The notes: generated by a model not told the origin, from the letters alone. Counted from the stretch's first letter, positions 10,101-19,663 are shown. The stretch is DNA of 64,000 bases from an uncultured Bacteroidota bacterium (GCA_902597195.1 CACJWV010000001.1:120-64119), one strand, 5' to 3'. Numbers and translations are program-made.

Positions 10101-10523
10101 AGCAGTAGCAGTACCAGCATAGATAACATTGGGACTTTGAACTGATTGTTCAACAGTGTATACATGTGCTGCACCAGGAGCATAGCTTCTGCTTTCTGCA
10201 TGTTGATCAAAATCAAATGGGCCAACACACTTCCAGTGATTAGAGTTTTCATTGTTGATTATATTTTCTAGATTTGGATTTGAGGTTCTACTTAAATCTC
10301 TAAGCCATCTCTTGTAATATTGAGTATATTTATTTTTTTTAAACTCATTTTCTCTATAAAATTTTTCATACTCTTGAATTACGTTACCCACATCAGATTT
10401 CTCGTCATACATTAGAGTGACCCAATATGGTAGATTTTTTGAACTCAAATCATATTTTTGCTCAAGTTGACCAAATAAAAGATTAGAAAAAAAAAGAAGT
10501 AGTAAAGTAAAATAAAGTTGCAT
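7110..10523 (-). CDS. Secreted BNR/Asp-box repeat (sortilin/VPS10-like beta-propeller) protein with a PKD domain, a MAM/choice-of-anchor-like domain and a T9SS type-A C-terminal sorting domain
   Basis: N-terminal signal peptide (MQLYFTLLLLFFSNLLFGQ). At least 9 SxDxGxxW/F Asp-boxes: SNDLGSNW, SIDSGQNW, SNDNGLSF, SYDKGDNW, STDDGFTF, STDGGDN, TKNNGLSF, TSDGGKNW, SNDGGINW. PKD-like segment (VVYNVPGSYDVSLTVSDNYGSS). C-terminal tail ITIFPNPSTGTFRV...GIYQIIFES...KLVNL. Confidence 0.8.
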   Translation of the reverse strand: MQLYFTLLLLFFSNLLFGQLEQKYDLSSKNLPYWVTLMYDEKSDVGNVIQEYEKFYRENEFKKNKYTQYYKRWLRDLSRTSNPNLENIINNENSNHWKCVGPFDFDQHAESRSYAPGAAHVYTVEQSVQSPNVIYAGTATAGAWRSNDLGSNWTLITKNLPVSSVYAIEIDFSNDSIIYISGNNKLYKSIDSGQNWIIVGDSLFNSLNHSIKDIKLNPDDNQHLFVASNHGLFVSNNGGYNFNNIINGIVQEIEFCPSSSDTIYAINQTGDSTEFYRSNDNGLSFNKIGNGWPSPILGDEQKRTEIAVTISNPNKIVALATGKANGGSGLYGIYVSYDKGDNWQFRCCGPQPGGMPSPSNLNLMGWQDDGSDDGGQYYYDLALAINPFNENIIHVGGVNHWISTDDGFTFNCPAKWSHPDKKEYVHADIHDINYYGSNLWIACDGGIFYSNNAGDSIVKKMNGIAGTDFWGFGSGFKDNNVMIGGTYHNGTLLKDNSTYINGWLSTDGGDNVRGFVNFGNPRIAYSDYGGKILSGNRTIAIDNFSINKLPNSSYIVGESSQIEFDPRCYNIFYSGNDTTLWKTKNNGLSFEPVHHFNDKITSIEISWKNPDVIYVATWESWWGDKKVWRTSDGGKNWTDITPSSNTQNGSVWRPFDIAVSDNDENVVWLARCTQSGNYSYANGYKVFKSNDGGINWINLSTSTLDNDKPTNIQFQRGSNGGIYLGTRNRVYYRNNFMSDWQVYDNGLPFMTHSTQLEINYYEGKLINATNRSVYDIDLYESTPPSAQISSDKLEISCKNDTVFFVDHSAVRKASASWSWSFPGGNPSSSNLENPIVVYNVPGSYDVSLTVSDNYGSSTQTINNMINYTDSVSKIGNNQNYVQDFESSSFPPIGWEIPSSSFGWQKLYVDTGVSCIPSQVVYVNNYYTNQRGSEAYLITNKVKLGNGVNAQQFLSYDYAYSGYSSSYNDGFRIDISLDCGLNWDSIFGAKGSDLQTTGYYGSSWLPTCGSWKKDSINLSNLGLNGDTIIIRFVAINDYGNNFFLDNVNIRGKNILDSKNYSLDDEITIFPNPSTGTFRVMTNIENYSFKIFDSFGKIILSKQNLSRSTKVDLTAHKKGIYQIIFESNDKLGNFKLVNL
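7113..7335 (-). other. T9SS type-A (Por secretion tail) C-terminal sorting domain of the BNR-repeat protein
   Basis: The last ~75 aa match the FPNP...I.D..GK........L..G.Y pattern of TIGR04183-type CTDs. Confidence 0.75.
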
Positions 10524-11786
10524 TTACTGTATTCCAAAAGTTGCTTTTACTTCATCTACGCAATCAAGCTTTTCCCACGTAAATGTTTCAACTTGTATTT
10601 TTTTTGATTTACCTTGTACAATAAATGTCTTTTCGATTGTCTCTGATTCTCTTCCCATATGTCCGTATGCAGCAGTCTCAAAATAAATGGGGTTTTTAAG
10701 TTTAAGTCTAGATATTATTGATGCAGGTTTTAGGTTAAAGCAATCCATTTTTGAAATTAAATTTGCGATTTCTCCGTCATTGTGATTTGTATTACATGTT
10801 CCAAAAGTATCAATAAAAACACCCATAGGTTCAGAAACTCCAATTGCATAAGAAACCTGTACAAGAGCTTTATCACAAAGTTTAGCAGCTACAATATTTT
10901 TTGCAATATGTCTGGTAGCATAAGCAGCTGAACGATCAACTTTTGATGGATCTTTACCTGAGAATGCACCACCACCGTGCGCTCCTCTGCCACCGTAGGT
11001 GTCAACGATTATTTTTCTACCAGTAAGTCCAGTATCGCCATGTGGGCCACCAATAACAAATTTTCCTGTGGGATTTATATGATATTTTTCTTTTCCGAAA
11101 AGTTTCTTATTAGTATCAGATTGTTTCTCTATAACTTTGGGCATCAAAATATTCAAAATATCATTTTTAATTCTCTTTAGCATGTTTTCTTCAGTGTCAA
11201 AATCATCATGCTGAGTAGAAATTACAATTGAACTGATTTTCACCGGAATATGTTCATCATTATATTCAATTGTGACTTGAGATTTTGAATCAGGCCTCAA
11301 ATAAAGCATTTCTTTCTTTGTTTTTCTAATCTGAGATAACTCTACTAAAATTTGGTGCGATAAGTCAAGTTCGAGAGGAATATAACTTGTAGTTTCATTT
11401 GTTGCATACCCAAACATCATCCCTTGGTCTCCAGCACCTTGTTCTTTGTGTAGTCCTTCACCTTCAACTACTCCCTGTCTAATATCAGATGATTGTTCAT
11501 GTATTGCAGAAATAACTCCACAACTATCAGCGTCAAATTTATATTCAGATTTGGTATATCCAATTCTTCTAATTGTTTCTCTTGCAACTTCTTGAACGTC
11601 TACATATGAATTTGTTTTCACCTCTCCGCTAAGAACAGTCAGCCCAGTAGTTACTAATGTCTCACAAGCCACCTTTGATTCACTATCTTGGACTAAAAAA
11701 TTATCAAGCAGTGAATCTGATATCTGATCAGCTACTTTATCAGGATGTCCCTCAGAGACTGATTCAGATGTAAAGAAATATGACAT
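10524..11786 (-). CDS. metK: S-adenosylmethionine synthetase
   Basis: FTSESVSEGHPDKVADQISD N-terminus; GAGDQGMMFGYA; GGGAFSGKDPSKVDRSAAY. Confidence 0.97.
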   Translation of the reverse strand: MSYFFTSESVSEGHPDKVADQISDSLLDNFLVQDSESKVACETLVTTGLTVLSGEVKTNSYVDVQEVARETIRRIGYTKSEYKFDADSCGVISAIHEQSSDIRQGVVEGEGLHKEQGAGDQGMMFGYATNETTSYIPLELDLSHQILVELSQIRKTKKEMLYLRPDSKSQVTIEYNDEHIPVKISSIVISTQHDDFDTEENMLKRIKNDILNILMPKVIEKQSDTNKKLFGKEKYHINPTGKFVIGGPHGDTGLTGRKIIVDTYGGRGAHGGGAFSGKDPSKVDRSAAYATRHIAKNIVAAKLCDKALVQVSYAIGVSEPMGVFIDTFGTCNTNHNDGEIANLISKMDCFNLKPASIISRLKLKNPIYFETAAYGHMGRESETIEKTFIVQGKSKKIQVETFTWEKLDCVDEVKATFGIQ

Positions 11787-11845
11787 AATATCAATTTTTT
11801 GTTTTGGGTTAAATATCTTTTAATTTAATAAAGATATTGTCCAAA

Positions 11846-11853
11846 CAAAGATA
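11846..11853 (-). promoter_or_regulatory. Candidate -7 promoter box for metK
   Basis: The minus strand reads TATCTTTG (TAnnTTTG), 60 nt upstream of the metK ATG. Confidence 0.25.
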
Positions 11854-11874
11854 ATATTATTCACGAATTATTTT

Positions 11875-11882
11875 TAAATTTG
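11875..11882 (+). promoter_or_regulatory. Candidate -7 promoter box driving the riboswitch-metH-metF transcript
   Basis: TAAATTTG lies immediately upstream of the riboswitch P1 helix. Confidence 0.35.
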
Positions 11883-11885
11883 TGG

Positions 11886-11990
11886 TGACTTATCAAGAAA
11901 GACGGAGGGATGGGCCCTATGATGTCTTGGCAACCTTAAAAGATGGTGCCAATTCCCACTTCAAAAGATTGAAGGAAGATGAGAATTACT
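11886..11990 (+). promoter_or_regulatory. SAM-I (S-box) riboswitch aptamer
   Basis: CTTATCAAGAAAGACGGAGGGATGGGCCCTATGATGTCTTGGCAACC...GGTGCCAATTCC...GAAGATGAG matches the conserved S-box core (UUAUCAAGAG-GGxGGAGGGA-GGCCC-AUGA-GGCAACC-GGUGCxAAUUCC-AGAUGAG). P1 pairs CTTATC (11889-11894) with GATGAG (11978-11983). It sits upstream of methionine biosynthesis genes. Confidence 0.85.
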
Positions 11991-12033
11991 GATTTAATTT
12001 TCCGACTTTTTTGATTTGCGCTAATTAATTAAA

Positions 12034-15000
12034 ATGATTGAAGATATTTTAAAAAATAGAGTTTTAGTTCTTGATGGAGCAATGGGAACAATGATTCAAA
12101 AGTATTCTCTTTCAGAAAAAGATTTTAGAGGAGAGAGATTTATAAATCATAATTGTGATTTAAAAGGCAATAATGATTTGTTATCAATCACACAGCCTAA
12201 AATAATTAAGCAAATACATGAAGAATTTTTAGAGGCTGGAGCTGATATAATTGAAACTAATACATTTAGCAGTAACAAAATAGCTCAGGATGATTATAAT
12301 TTAGGAACAACCATATATGATTTAAACTTCATGTCTGCAAAAATTGCAAAAGAGGCTGCAAAGAAGTTTTCAAGTAAGGAAAAACCTAGATTTGTTGCAG
12401 GCGCAATAGGTCCAACAAATAGGACGGCATCAATCTCTCCAGATGTAGAAGACCCCTCATTTCGGTCAATTACATTTGATCAACTTAGGATATCATATAA
12501 AGAACAAATACTAGCTTTGATTAACGGTGGGATTGACTTAATATTGATTGAAACAGTTTTTGACACTCTCAACTGCAAAGCTGCGTTGTATGCTGCCGAA
12601 GAGGCTTTTGAACTTCTCAAAATAAGACTTCCAATTATGGTTTCAGGAACAATAACTGATGAAAGTGGTAGGACATTATCAGGGCAAACAACAGAAGCTT
12701 TTTTAAACTCTATTTCTCATATTCCCTTGTTAAGTGTTGGATTTAATTGCGCTTTGGGAGCTAAGGCAATGATTCCTTACATAAAAGAATTATCTGACAA
12801 AGCACCTTTTTTTGTTAGTGCTTATCCCAACGCAGGCTTACCAAATGAAATGGGAGAGTATGATGAGGGACCATCTCAAATGGCTTCTTATATTGATGAT
12901 TTTCTCAGCAGAAAAATTGTAAATATTATTGGGGGTTGTTGCGGTACGGGGCCAGAGCATATTAAAATTTTCTCCAAAGTTGCGCAGGCTCATAACCCAA
13001 GATTAGTGCCAGGTATAAAAGATGAGATGAGATTGAGTGGACTAGAGCCATTAACGATTAATAATTCACTCAACTTTGTAAATATTGGAGAGAGAACTAA
13101 TGTAACAGGATCTTTAAAGTTCAGAAAATTAATAAAAGAAAATAAGTTTGAAGATGCTCTACAAGTTGCTCTAAATCAAGTTGAAGGTGGTGCTCAAATT
13201 ATTGATATAAACATGGATGATGGAATGATTGATGGTAAAGAATCAATTTCTAAATTTTTAAATCTAGTTGCCTCGGATCCAGATATTTCTCGTGTACCAA
13301 TTATGATTGATTCTTCCAAATGGGAAATAATTGAAGAAGGATTAAAGCATGTTCAAGGTAAGGGAATTGTTAACTCGATTTCATTAAAAGAGGGTGAAGA
13401 GATTTTTATTAAACAAGCAAAAGAAGTAATGCGCTATGGTGCAGCTTTAGTTGTAATGGCATTTGATGAGAATGGACAAGCTGTTAACTATGAAGATAAA
13501 ATTAGAATTTGCAAAAGAGCATATGAAATACTAACACAAAAAGTTGGTTTCCCATCTCAAGATATAATATTTGATCCCAATATATTAACAGTTGCAACCG
13601 GAATTGAAGAACATAACAATTATGCAGTAGATTTTTTTAAGGCAACAAAATGGATTAAAGAAAATTTACCAAACGCAAAAGTTAGTGGAGGTGTCAGCAA
13701 TGTCTCTTTTTCATTTAGAGGAAATAATATAATAAGAGAGGCAATGCATTCTGCTTTTCTATTTCATGCTATAAAAAATGGTCTAGACATGGGCATTGTT
13801 AATGCAGGTATGATAGAGGTATATGAAGAAATACCAAAAAACATTTTAAAAGCTGTGGAGGATGTTTTGTTAAACAAAGATTCAAACGCAACAGAAAGAC
13901 TTTTATCTGTAGCTGAGAAGGTATCGGGAAAGAGTAAAGAAAGAAAAGAGGACTTAGAGTGGAGAAAAAGAAATACAAATGAAAGACTATCATATTCCTT
14001 AGTAAAAGGAGTTATTTCTTACTTGGAGGAGGATGTAGAGGAAGCAAGGAAAAAGTTTAAAAAACCAATTGAGGTAATAGAGGGTCCGTTGATGGATGGT
14101 ATGAATATTGTTGGAGATTTGTTTGGATCTGGCAAAATGTTTCTTCCTCAAGTTGTTAAAAGTGCAAGAGTCATGAAAAAGGCGGTTTCAATTTTAACAC
14201 CATATATTGAAAAGAGTAAAGGAAAGAAATCGACAGCTGGAAAAGTGTTACTAGCAACCGTGAAAGGAGATGTTCATGACATTGGAAAAAATATAGTTAG
14301 TGTTGTTTTGGGATGCAATAATTATGAAATTATTGACCTAGGTGTAATGGTTCCGTGTGACAAGATTTTAGATGAGGCAGTTAAAAATAAAGTTGATGTT
14401 ATTGGACTGAGTGGATTAATTACTCCTTCTTTAGATGAAATGGTATATGTTGCAAAAGAAATGCAAAATAGGAACATGAAGATTCCTTTAGTCATTGGTG
14501 GCGCAACTACTTCCAAGGTACATACAGCAGTAAAAATAAATCATCATTATGAAAGTCCAGTAATTCACATACTTGATGCATCAAAATCTGTTGGTGTCAT
14601 CAGTAGTTTATTTTCAAAAGAGAAAGTTGAATTTTGTAATGAACTGGACTCAGATTATCAAAAAATTAAAAAAAATTACCTAGAGAGAAAAAACCAAAAG
14701 AAATTTATTTCTTTGGATGAAGCTAGAGCCAATAAATTAAAAACAAATTGGAAAGAGTATAATATTCCTGTTCCTAATTTTACTGGGGTCAAGGTTTTTA
14801 AAATAAAAATTGAAGATATAATTAATTATATTGATTGGACTCCATTTTTTTACACTTGGGAAATGAAGCAAAAATACCCACAGATTTTCGAAGATGAAAA
14901 GTACGGTGTTCAAGCTCAAAAGTTATTTAATGATGCTAATGAAATGCTTAAGAAAATTATTGATAATGATTGGATAGAGCTCAAATCTGTGATTGGAATT

Positions 15001-15657
15001 TGGTCTGCATGCTCAGATGGAGATGATATTCTATTAAAAAATTCTGATAATTCACATTTAGAAACCTTTTGTATGTTGAGACAACAAACTTTAAAAGCAA
15101 AAAATAATCTGTCTTTATCAGATTACATTGCACCAAAAGAGTCTGGAAAAAATGATTATGTCGGCGCATTTGTTTGCTCTGCAGATTTATATAAAGGAAA
15201 CCCACTGGTGAATTTTGAGTTGGATCAAGATGATTACAGCACAATAATGTTTAAATCTATTTCTGACAGATTAGCAGAAGCACTTACTGAATATATGCAT
15301 GAAAAAGTCAGAAAAGAACTTTGGGCATATTCAAGTGATGAAAATTATTCTAACAGTGATTTAATTGATGAAGCTTATACTGGAATTAGACCAGCACCAG
15401 GATATACAGCTTGTCCTGACCATACTGAAAAATTAAAAATTTTTAAAATTTTAAACGCAAAGAAAAATATTGGGGCTTCACTTACTGAAAGTATGGCTAT
15501 GTCACCAAGTTCAACAGTAAGTGGATATTATTTTTCACATCCAAACTCAAAGTACTTTCCTGTTGGAAAGATACAGGATGACCAAATTGAGGATTACGCA
15601 AAGAGAAAAAATATGACAATCAAGGAAGTTAGGAAATGGCTTCTATCAAACATTTAA
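12034..15657 (+). CDS. metH: Cobalamin-dependent methionine synthase
   Basis: 1207 aa with all modules: Hcy-binding ([10 protein letters not shown]), pterin-binding, B12-binding ([10 protein letters not shown], the DxHxxG motif) and the AdoMet reactivation domain ([15 protein letters not shown]). Confidence 0.97.
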   Translation: MIEDILKNRVLVLDGAMGTMIQKYSLSEKDFRGERFINHNCDLKGNNDLLSITQPKIIKQIHEEFLEAGADIIETNTFSSNKIAQDDYNLGTTIYDLNFMSAKIAKEAAKKFSSKEKPRFVAGAIGPTNRTASISPDVEDPSFRSITFDQLRISYKEQILALINGGIDLILIETVFDTLNCKAALYAAEEAFELLKIRLPIMVSGTITDESGRTLSGQTTEAFLNSISHIPLLSVGFNCALGAKAMIPYIKELSDKAPFFVSAYPNAGLPNEMGEYDEGPSQMASYIDDFLSRKIVNIIGGCCGTGPEHIKIFSKVAQAHNPRLVPGIKDEMRLSGLEPLTINNSLNFVNIGERTNVTGSLKFRKLIKENKFEDALQVALNQVEGGAQIIDINMDDGMIDGKESISKFLNLVASDPDISRVPIMIDSSKWEIIEEGLKHVQGKGIVNSISLKEGEEIFIKQAKEVMRYGAALVVMAFDENGQAVNYEDKIRICKRAYEILTQKVGFPSQDIIFDPNILTVATGIEEHNNYAVDFFKATKWIKENLPNAKVSGGVSNVSFSFRGNNIIREAMHSAFLFHAIKNGLDMGIVNAGMIEVYEEIPKNILKAVEDVLLNKDSNATERLLSVAEKVSGKSKERKEDLEWRKRNTNERLSYSLVKGVISYLEEDVEEARKKFKKPIEVIEGPLMDGMNIVGDLFGSGKMFLPQVVKSARVMKKAVSILTPYIEKSKGKKSTAGKVLLATVKGDVHDIGKNIVSVVLGCNNYEIIDLGVMVPCDKILDEAVKNKVDVIGLSGLITPSLDEMVYVAKEMQNRNMKIPLVIGGATTSKVHTAVKINHHYESPVIHILDASKSVGVISSLFSKEKVEFCNELDSDYQKIKKNYLERKNQKKFISLDEARANKLKTNWKEYNIPVPNFTGVKVFKIKIEDIINYIDWTPFFYTWEMKQKYPQIFEDEKYGVQAQKLFNDANEMLKKIIDNDWIELKSVIGIWSACSDGDDILLKNSDNSHLETFCMLRQQTLKAKNNLSLSDYIAPKESGKNDYVGAFVCSADLYKGNPLVNFELDQDDYSTIMFKSISDRLAEALTEYMHEKVRKELWAYSSDENYSNSDLIDEAYTGIRPAPGYTACPDHTEKLKIFKILNAKKNIGASLTESMAMSPSSTVSGYYFSHPNSKYFPVGKIQDDQIEDYAKRKNMTIKEVRKWLLSNI

Positions 15658-15660
15658 ATT

Positions 15661-16614
15661 ATGAAAGTTACAGAACATTTTAAGCAAGCTAAAGAAACAT
15701 TATTTTCATTTGAAATCTTACCACCTTTAAAAGGTAAAAGTATAAATTCATTGTACGAAAATCTAAAACCATTAATGGAGTTTAACCCTCCATTTATTGA
15801 TGTCACATATCATAGAGAGGAATACATATATAAAAAACAAAATAATGGATTGCTCGAAAGAAAAGCAGTAAGAAAAAGACCTGGAACTGTTGGTATTTGT
15901 TCTGCAATTATGAACAAATTTCAAATTGATACAGTTCCTCACATAATTTGTGGTGGTTTCAACAAAGAGGAAACAGAGAATGCATTAATAGATTTAGATT
16001 TCTTAGGAATTGACAATGTCTTAGTACTAAGAGGTGACCCTATCAAATCTGAAACTTATTTTTCACCTGAAAATGACGGACACAAATATGCCAGCGATCT
16101 CATTAATCAAGTTTGCTCTATGAACAAAGGGAAATATTTAGATGAAGACATAAAAAATACACATTCAACAAATTTTTGTGTCGGTGTGGCAGGATATCCA
16201 GAGAAACATTTTGAATCTCCTAATATGAATTCGGATATTTATTTTTTAAAGAAAAAAGTTGAATTAGGAGCTGAGTATATCGTAACACAAATGTTTTTTG
16301 ATAATCAAAAATATTTTGATTTTGTAAAATTATGTAGAGATAATAATATTAATGTACCAATTGTTCCAGGGCTAAAGCCAATATCTATAAAGAAACATTT
16401 AAATTTATTACCGCACAGATTTCATCTAAATTTACCCGACGAACTAGTAAAAAATATTTTAAAGTGTAAAAACAATGAGGATATTAGAAAAGTTGGAGTT
16501 GAGTGGGCTATAAACCAAACTAAGGAGTTAATCGATTACGGAGTTCCATGTGTTCACTATTACACCATGGGAAATTCATCTAACATAATTGATATAGTTT
16601 CAAAATTTAATTAG
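15661..16614 (+). CDS. metF: 5,10-methylenetetrahydrofolate reductase
   Basis: FSFEILPP N-terminus; VTYH motif; LRGDP motif; 317 aa; 3 nt downstream of metH. Confidence 0.9.
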   Translation: MKVTEHFKQAKETLFSFEILPPLKGKSINSLYENLKPLMEFNPPFIDVTYHREEYIYKKQNNGLLERKAVRKRPGTVGICSAIMNKFQIDTVPHIICGGFNKEETENALIDLDFLGIDNVLVLRGDPIKSETYFSPENDGHKYASDLINQVCSMNKGKYLDEDIKNTHSTNFCVGVAGYPEKHFESPNMNSDIYFLKKKVELGAEYIVTQMFFDNQKYFDFVKLCRDNNINVPIVPGLKPISIKKHLNLLPHRFHLNLPDELVKNILKCKNNEDIRKVGVEWAINQTKELIDYGVPCVHYYTMGNSSNIIDIVSKFN

Positions 16615-17303
16615 CTTTCAATTGTTGATTCAAATATTTTCTCAATATTATCTGTTTCATTAATGCTTATATCTTTTTTTACAACGCCTTTTTTTAGAAT
16701 TACAATTCTATTACAAACTTTGCTCACTTCGTTGATAATATGGGTGGAAAAAATTATAATTTTATTTTTTGAGATTTTTTTTATTAGATCTCTGAAGTGA
16801 ATTAGTTGCTTAGGATCTAATCCTGTTGTTGGTTCATCTAAAATTAAAATTTTTGGTTCATGTAACAAGCATGAGCATAATCCAACTCTTTGCTTTTGTC
16901 CTTTTGAAAGCTCGCTAATTTTTCTAAATGATAAATCAGATATTTCTGTAAGTTTTTGATATTCATTTATTTGTTTTTTAAAGTTTTTTAAACCGTATAA
17001 TTTTGATGTGAAAATTAAATATTCTTTAACCTTCATTTCTTCATACAATGGATTGTTTTCAGCCAAATATCCAATTTTAGATTTAATATTATACTCGTCA
17101 TGTTCAGTATCCAATTTGTCTATAAAAACTTTACCAGCAGACTGTCTTAAAAGACAAGATATAATTTTTAAGAGTGTTGTTTTTCCAGCACCATTTTCAC
17201 CAATAAGTCCAACTATATCACCTTCATTAAGATCAATTGAAACATTCAAAAGTGCATTTATATTGGCATAACTTTTAGATATATTTTTTATAGAAATTAT
17301 CAT
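16611..17303 (-). CDS. ABC transporter ATP-binding protein with no adjacent permease gene
   Basis: Walker A GENGAGKTT, signature LSKGQKQR, Walker B ILILDEPTTGLD. I prefer the start at ATG 17303 (MIISIKNISKSY), because the longer track ORF (to 17357) would overlap rsgA. Confidence 0.85.
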   Translation of the reverse strand: MIISIKNISKSYANINALLNVSIDLNEGDIVGLIGENGAGKTTLLKIISCLLRQSAGKVFIDKLDTEHDEYNIKSKIGYLAENNPLYEEMKVKEYLIFTSKLYGLKNFKKQINEYQKLTEISDLSFRKISELSKGQKQRVGLCSCLLHEPKILILDEPTTGLDPKQLIHFRDLIKKISKNKIIIFSTHIINEVSKVCNRIVILKKGVVKKDISINETDNIEKIFESTIES

Positions 17304-17327
17304 AAAGCAAAGATAGAAAATACTGAT

Positions 17328-17335
17328 TATATTTG
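17328..17335 (+). promoter_or_regulatory. Candidate -7 promoter box immediately upstream of rsgA
   Basis: TATATTTG ends 4 nt before the rsgA ATG at 17340. Confidence 0.25.
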
Positions 17336-17339
17336 TTTT

Positions 17340-18251
17340 ATGGTAGCTGTTGTGCAAAAGTCACTTGGAAAATATTTTTCAGTTAAAAAAAATGATGGAG
17401 AAATAGTAACTGCAACATTAGCAGGAAAATTAAGAAATTTAGATGCTGACTCTACTAGTCCAATAGTTATCGGAGATAAAGTAGAAATCATAAATCAAAA
17501 TGATGATTGGTCTATTGTCCAACTTTTTGAAAGAAAAAATTTTATTGCAAGGAAATCTGTTAAACTAAGTAAAAGAAGGCATATAATAGCCGCTAATGTT
17601 GATCAGTGTTTACTAATTGTTACAAAAAAATCACCTAAAACATCTACAAGTTTTATTGATAGATTTTTAGTTGCTTGTGAGCATAATAATGTTCCAGTAT
17701 CAATAATTTTTAACAAAACAGATTTGTTAAATAAAGAAGAATTACAAAGTCTTGATTCTTTGTTTAATTACTATAAAAAAATTGGATATAGTTGTTTGAA
17801 AATATCATTTGAGCACGATAGCCTTGAAAGTATTAAGAAACTTATTAAAGGGAAATTTAGCCTAATTTCAGGACATTCTGGTGTTGGAAAATCAACATTA
17901 ATAAATAAGCTTAATCCAAATTTTAATATTAGAGTTTCTGAAATTTCAGATTATCATGAGCAAGGAAAACATACTACAACTTTTTCTGAAATATATGACC
18001 TAGATAATGAAACCTCATTAATTGACACTCCGGGTATTAGAGGATTTGGATTGGTTAAAATTGATAGGAAAGATATTAGTAAATATTTTCCTGAGTTTGT
18101 GCAAAATCAACACAAATGTAAGTATTCAAATTGTGTGCATATTAATGAGCCTAGCTGTGAAATTAAAAAACTAATAAGTTCAGGAGTTATTTTATTATCA
18201 AGATATGATAATTATTGTTCAATGTTTAGATCTGAAGATATATATAGATGA
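17340..18251 (+). CDS. rsgA: Ribosome small-subunit-dependent GTPase A
   Basis: Circularly permuted GTPase order (NKTDL ... GHSGVGKST ... DTPG) and the C-terminal zinc knuckle CKYSNCVHINEPSC. Confidence 0.92.
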   Translation: MVAVVQKSLGKYFSVKKNDGEIVTATLAGKLRNLDADSTSPIVIGDKVEIINQNDDWSIVQLFERKNFIARKSVKLSKRRHIIAANVDQCLLIVTKKSPKTSTSFIDRFLVACEHNNVPVSIIFNKTDLLNKEELQSLDSLFNYYKKIGYSCLKISFEHDSLESIKKLIKGKFSLISGHSGVGKSTLINKLNPNFNIRVSEISDYHEQGKHTTTFSEIYDLDNETSLIDTPGIRGFGLVKIDRKDISKYFPEFVQNQHKCKYSNCVHINEPSCEIKKLISSGVILLSRYDNYCSMFRSEDIYR

Positions 18252-18700
18252 GAGTTGTTATTCAAAGAGTTTTAAATGCATCTGTTCATGTTAATGAAAA
18301 AAAAGTAAGTTCAATAAAAAAGGGATTATTGATTTTTGTAGGCTTTGAGATTAATGACAATACTACAGATTGTGATTGGATCGCAAATAAAATCTTAAAC
18401 TTGAGAATATTTTCCAGTAAAGAAAATAAAATGGAATTAAGTGTGAAAGATGTAAAAGGAGATGTTTTAATAGTAAGTCAGTTTACTTTGCATGCTAAAA
18501 CAAAAAAAGGAAATAGACCCTCATTTATTAAATCTGCAAAATCAGAAACTTCAAAGACACTCTATGATAAATTTATGTTAACTATTAAAGAACTTTATAA
18601 AAACAAAATCAGCCAGGGTATTTTTGGTGCTGATATGAAAATTAGACTAGAAAACGATGGCCCGGTTACAATAATTATTGATTCAAAAAACAAAGAATAA
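18248..18700 (+). CDS. dtd: D-aminoacyl-tRNA deacylase
   Basis: MRVVIQRV N-terminus, SQFTL motif, GPVT near the C-terminus; 150 aa; ATGA overlap with rsgA. Confidence 0.92.
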   Translation: MRVVIQRVLNASVHVNEKKVSSIKKGLLIFVGFEINDNTTDCDWIANKILNLRIFSSKENKMELSVKDVKGDVLIVSQFTLHAKTKKGNRPSFIKSAKSETSKTLYDKFMLTIKELYKNKISQGIFGADMKIRLENDGPVTIIIDSKNKE

Positions 18701-19023
18701 TGAATATGAAAGATTTACAAATTCAAGTTGATGATTGGATAAATCAATACGGCGTTAGATATTTTAATGAACTTACAAATATGGCAATTTTAACGGAGGA
18801 AGTTGGGGAGTTAGCTAGAGTGATGAGTCGTATTTATGGTGAGCAGTCATTTAAAGAAAACGATAAGAATAACATAGGCGAGGAGCTTGCAGACATTTTA
18901 TTTGTTGTTTTGTGTATAGCTAATCAAACAAATACTGATTTAAATTTAGAATTTCAAAAAAAAATGAAACTTAAATCAATTCGAGATAAGAAAAGGCATA
19001 AAAACAATCCAAAAATTAATTAG
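18700..19023 (+). CDS. MazG-like nucleotide pyrophosphohydrolase (YpjD type)
   Basis: EEVGELAR...EELADILFVVL, the EExxE...ExxD all-alpha NTP-PPase motifs; 107 aa. Confidence 0.8.
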   Translation: MNMKDLQIQVDDWINQYGVRYFNELTNMAILTEEVGELARVMSRIYGEQSFKENDKNNIGEELADILFVVLCIANQTNTDLNLEFQKKMKLKSIRDKKRHKNNPKIN

Positions 19024-19663
19024 ATTTTCTACTCACTTCTCCAAAAATTTGAACAATTTCAATTTTTTCTGAGATAGACATTGTGCCAGGATTAATGCCT
19101 AATTTTCCCTGAGGAATTTCTGAGTCAAGTTTTTTAAAGTGGTTTATCCATTGTTTTTGAAATTCATTAGAATCTTGGTATTTATAATTCATTGGTCGAA
19201 GTTCAAAAATGGAATCTTTTAAAAAAGCATCATAAAGTAACTCAGAGCAATAGAATTGATTGTTTTCGTACAAAAAAAACTCGTCATATTTGGTACCAAC
19301 TTTATTTTCAATAAAACTAATAGCGCTTCTAATAGATTTGCGATATTCTTTTTTTAGTCTGCCAACAATAACTTTTGGTTTATTATTTATGTCTAGGCTT
19401 CTATTTAAAAAAACTTTGAGATCAATTAGTTGTACAGATGGAGGGTAAGCTTCATAAACCATTGGAGTTCCGTCGATAATAGACACAATCCCAACATGTG
19501 AGAAATTCATGTTATTAAATCCTGGAGTAACATTTTCGATAGCTTCACAAAGGGGTGAGGAGTCTAAATCTTGAAATAGAAAGTCGCCATCGTTAAATGT
19601 AAATTCTTCTTCAATATGCTGGAAACATGATGATAGAAATATAAATGCAAATATTATTCGCAA
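19016..19663 (-). CDS. YiiX-like permuted papain/NlpC-P60 family hydrolase, putative
   Basis: Signal or lipoprotein-like N-terminus (MRIIFAFIFLSSC). A His (FSHVGIV) precedes the Cys (QFYCSELLYDAF), as in permuted NlpC/P60 enzymes. The assignment rests on motif memory only. Confidence 0.5.
   Translation of the reverse strand: MRIIFAFIFLSSCFQHIEEEFTFNDGDFLFQDLDSSPLCEAIENVTPGFNNMNFSHVGIVSIIDGTPMVYEAYPPSVQLIDLKVFLNRSLDINNKPKVIVGRLKKEYRKSIRSAISFIENKVGTKYDEFFLYENNQFYCSELLYDAFLKDSIFELRPMNYKYQDSNEFQKQWINHFKKLDSEIPQGKLGINPGTMSISEKIEIVQIFGEVSRKSN

Noticed and set aside
11811-11838. A 9-bp inverted repeat, AATATCTTT-N11-AAAGATATT, in the metK leader or promoter region.
   Set aside because: It is entirely A/T, and such palindromes arise by chance in ~30% GC intergenic DNA. 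I recognise no associated motif.
11984-12012. The hairpin GAGAATT-ACTGATTT-AATTTTC plus a T-run as the riboswitch terminator.
   Set aside because: The stem has 7 weak pairs including a G-U pair, and it overlaps the P1 3' strand. It is not convincing enough to call as a feature, so it is only mentioned in the riboswitch finding.
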